This document shows positions 50,306 through 51,652 of a stretch of DNA of 51,652 nt, piece after piece. The DNA is from Opitutus sp. GAS368 (lineage in GTDB: Bacteria; Verrucomicrobiota; Verrucomicrobiia; Opitutales; Opitutaceae): the NCBI GenBank assembly GCA_945861645.1, contig CAMAVZ010000014.1, positions 1-51,652 of the forward strand. The letters run 5' to 3'. The position numbers were made by a program, and so were the translations under genes. Position 1 is the stretch's first letter; each line of letters begins with the position of its first letter. The notes beneath the pieces are model-generated. The model was not told the DNA's origin, searched no databases, and was given only the letters and a program-made list of their open reading frames with translations.

Positions 50306-51472
50306 ATGGCTAAATCATTCGTATTCTCATCCGAATCAGTAGGCGAAGGTCATCCCGACAAAGTGGCTGACCTTATTTCCGATAGCGTCCTCGACGCCTG
50401 CTTGGCGCAGGACCGCACCAGTCGCGTGGCGTGCGAGACGATGGTCAAATCGAACATGGTCATCTTGGCCGGTGAGATCACGACCAAGGCCCAGCTTAAT
50501 TATGAAGCGATCGTTCGGGCCGCGATTCGCGACATCGGCTACGTCAATAGCGACGATGTGTTTCACGCCGATACCGTTTTCATCAATAACTACCTCACTC
50601 GGCAGTCGCCGGATATTTCTCAAGGGGTTGATGCGAAGAAAGCAAAGGGCAAGAAAACCGCCGAGCAAGGCGCGGGCGATCAAGGCCTGATGTTTGGCTA
50701 TGCGTGCACCGAGACCCCTGAGCTGATGCCGACGCCGGTGATGTTTGCGCATCGCTTGGGCCGCAAGCTCACGCAAATCCGCAAGAGTGGCCAGGTTGAC
50801 TGGTTGCGCCCTGATGCCAAGTCGCAGGTTTCGATCCGTTACGAAAATGACAAACCCGTCTCCGTGGAAAACGTTGTTATTTCCACGCAGCACACGGCGG
50901 ATGTTTCGCATAGCAAAATTGAAAGCTACCTGATCGACCAGGTGGTCAAAAAGGTAATTCCCGCTCGGTTACTCACCAAGAAGACTCAGTTTTTGATTAA
51001 TCCCACCGGTCGCTTTGTGGTCGGTGGCCCGCAGGGTGACTCAGGTCTGACTGGTCGCAAAATCATCGTCGATACCTACGGCGGTTGGGGTCGTCATGGG
51101 GGCGGTGCTTTCTCCGGCAAGGATCCATCGAAGGTCGATCGCTCGGCGGCCTACATGTGCCGTTGGGTCGCCAAGAATATTGTGGCCGCGGGCCTCGCCG
51201 ATCTGGCTGAATTGCAAGTCGCCTATGCCATTGGCTATCCTGATCCGGTGAGTGTCTACGTTGACACGATGGGTACGGGCAAAGTCTCCGATGAGAAGAT
51301 TGCGCGGGCCGTCACCAAGATTTTCGGCTTCAAGCCAGCGGAAATTATTCAGCAGCTGAACCTGCTCCGGCCAATTTATCGGCAGACGACTAATTACGGT
51401 CACTTCGGCAAGGCGGGCCTGCCGTGGGAACAAACCAACAAAATCGCCGCTCTGCGCGCTGTCCTCCGTTAA
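50306..51472 (+). CDS. metK: S-adenosylmethionine synthetase
   Basis: [51 protein letters not shown]. Confidence 0.98.
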   Translation: MAKSFVFSSESVGEGHPDKVADLISDSVLDACLAQDRTSRVACETMVKSNMVILAGEITTKAQLNYEAIVRAAIRDIGYVNSDDVFHADTVFINNYLTRQSPDISQGVDAKKAKGKKTAEQGAGDQGLMFGYACTETPELMPTPVMFAHRLGRKLTQIRKSGQVDWLRPDAKSQVSIRYENDKPVSVENVVISTQHTADVSHSKIESYLIDQVVKKVIPARLLTKKTQFLINPTGRFVVGGPQGDSGLTGRKIIVDTYGGWGRHGGGAFSGKDPSKVDRSAAYMCRWVAKNIVAAGLADLAELQVAYAIGYPDPVSVYVDTMGTGKVSDEKIARAVTKIFGFKPAEIIQQLNLLRPIYRQTTNYGHFGKAGLPWEQTNKIAALRAVLR

Positions 51473-51491
51473 CCCTTCAACAATTATCTTT

Positions 51492-51652
51492 ATGCCTACT
51501 ACTACCACGCGTCCCGCTCTCGATTTTCACGTCAAAGATATCACGCTCGCCGATTGGGGGCGCAAAGAAATCTCAGTGGCTGAGCATGAAATGCCCGGCT
51601 TGATTTCATGCCGCAAAAAATTCGGACCGGCTAAACCGCTCCAAGGCGTCCG
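51492..51652 (+). CDS. ahcY: Adenosylhomocysteinase, N-terminal part (runs off the window)
   Basis: Manual translation [37 protein letters not shown]...KPLQGV; follows metK. Confidence 0.92.
   Translation, partial: MPTTTTRPALDFHVKDITLADWGRKEISVAEHEMPGLISCRKKFGPAKPLQGV

Overview
Gene-dense, moderately GC-rich bacterial chromosome segment, most likely Verrucomicrobiota (Opitutaceae-like), judged from the PVC-type heme-c protein, the Amuc_1098-1101-like cluster and the eukaryote-type UDP-sugar pyrophosphorylase. About 41 CDS (two cut by the window edges) and one gene remnant. I saw no rRNA, tRNA, CRISPR array, transposase or phage gene. Left to right: an amino-sugar/redox operon (PVC-type heme-c protein, nagA, nagB-like, secreted Gfo/Idh/MocA, TIM-barrel isomerase); an esterase and an MFS transporter; a three-gene cassette (secreted OB-fold-like protein, matrixin metalloprotease with a GlyGly-CTERM tail, rhombosortase); guaB, menC-menE, polX; gmd-epimerase-wcaJ-like; exeA/gspB-like; ftsB-like; UDP-sugar pyrophosphorylase and phosphohexomutase; pdhABC; NUDIX; pilM/N-Amuc_1100-Amuc_1099-secretin; sppA, sufT, dus, DUF151, lpxI; a truncated, frameshifted tyrosine-kinase (wzc) remnant; leuS; an HtrA plus an apparently inactive HtrA paralogue; riboflavin synthase; an atypical family-4 UDG; an Hpt protein; metK-ahcY. 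The best candidate for a little-described system is the cassette at 8909-11931: an MMP-like protease with no visible propeptide, its own rhombosortase, and a co-encoded secreted protein whose motif pattern recalls the TIMP/NTR fold, i.e. a possible bacterial TIMP-MMP pair. All assignments come from motif recognition by eye; no searches were run.
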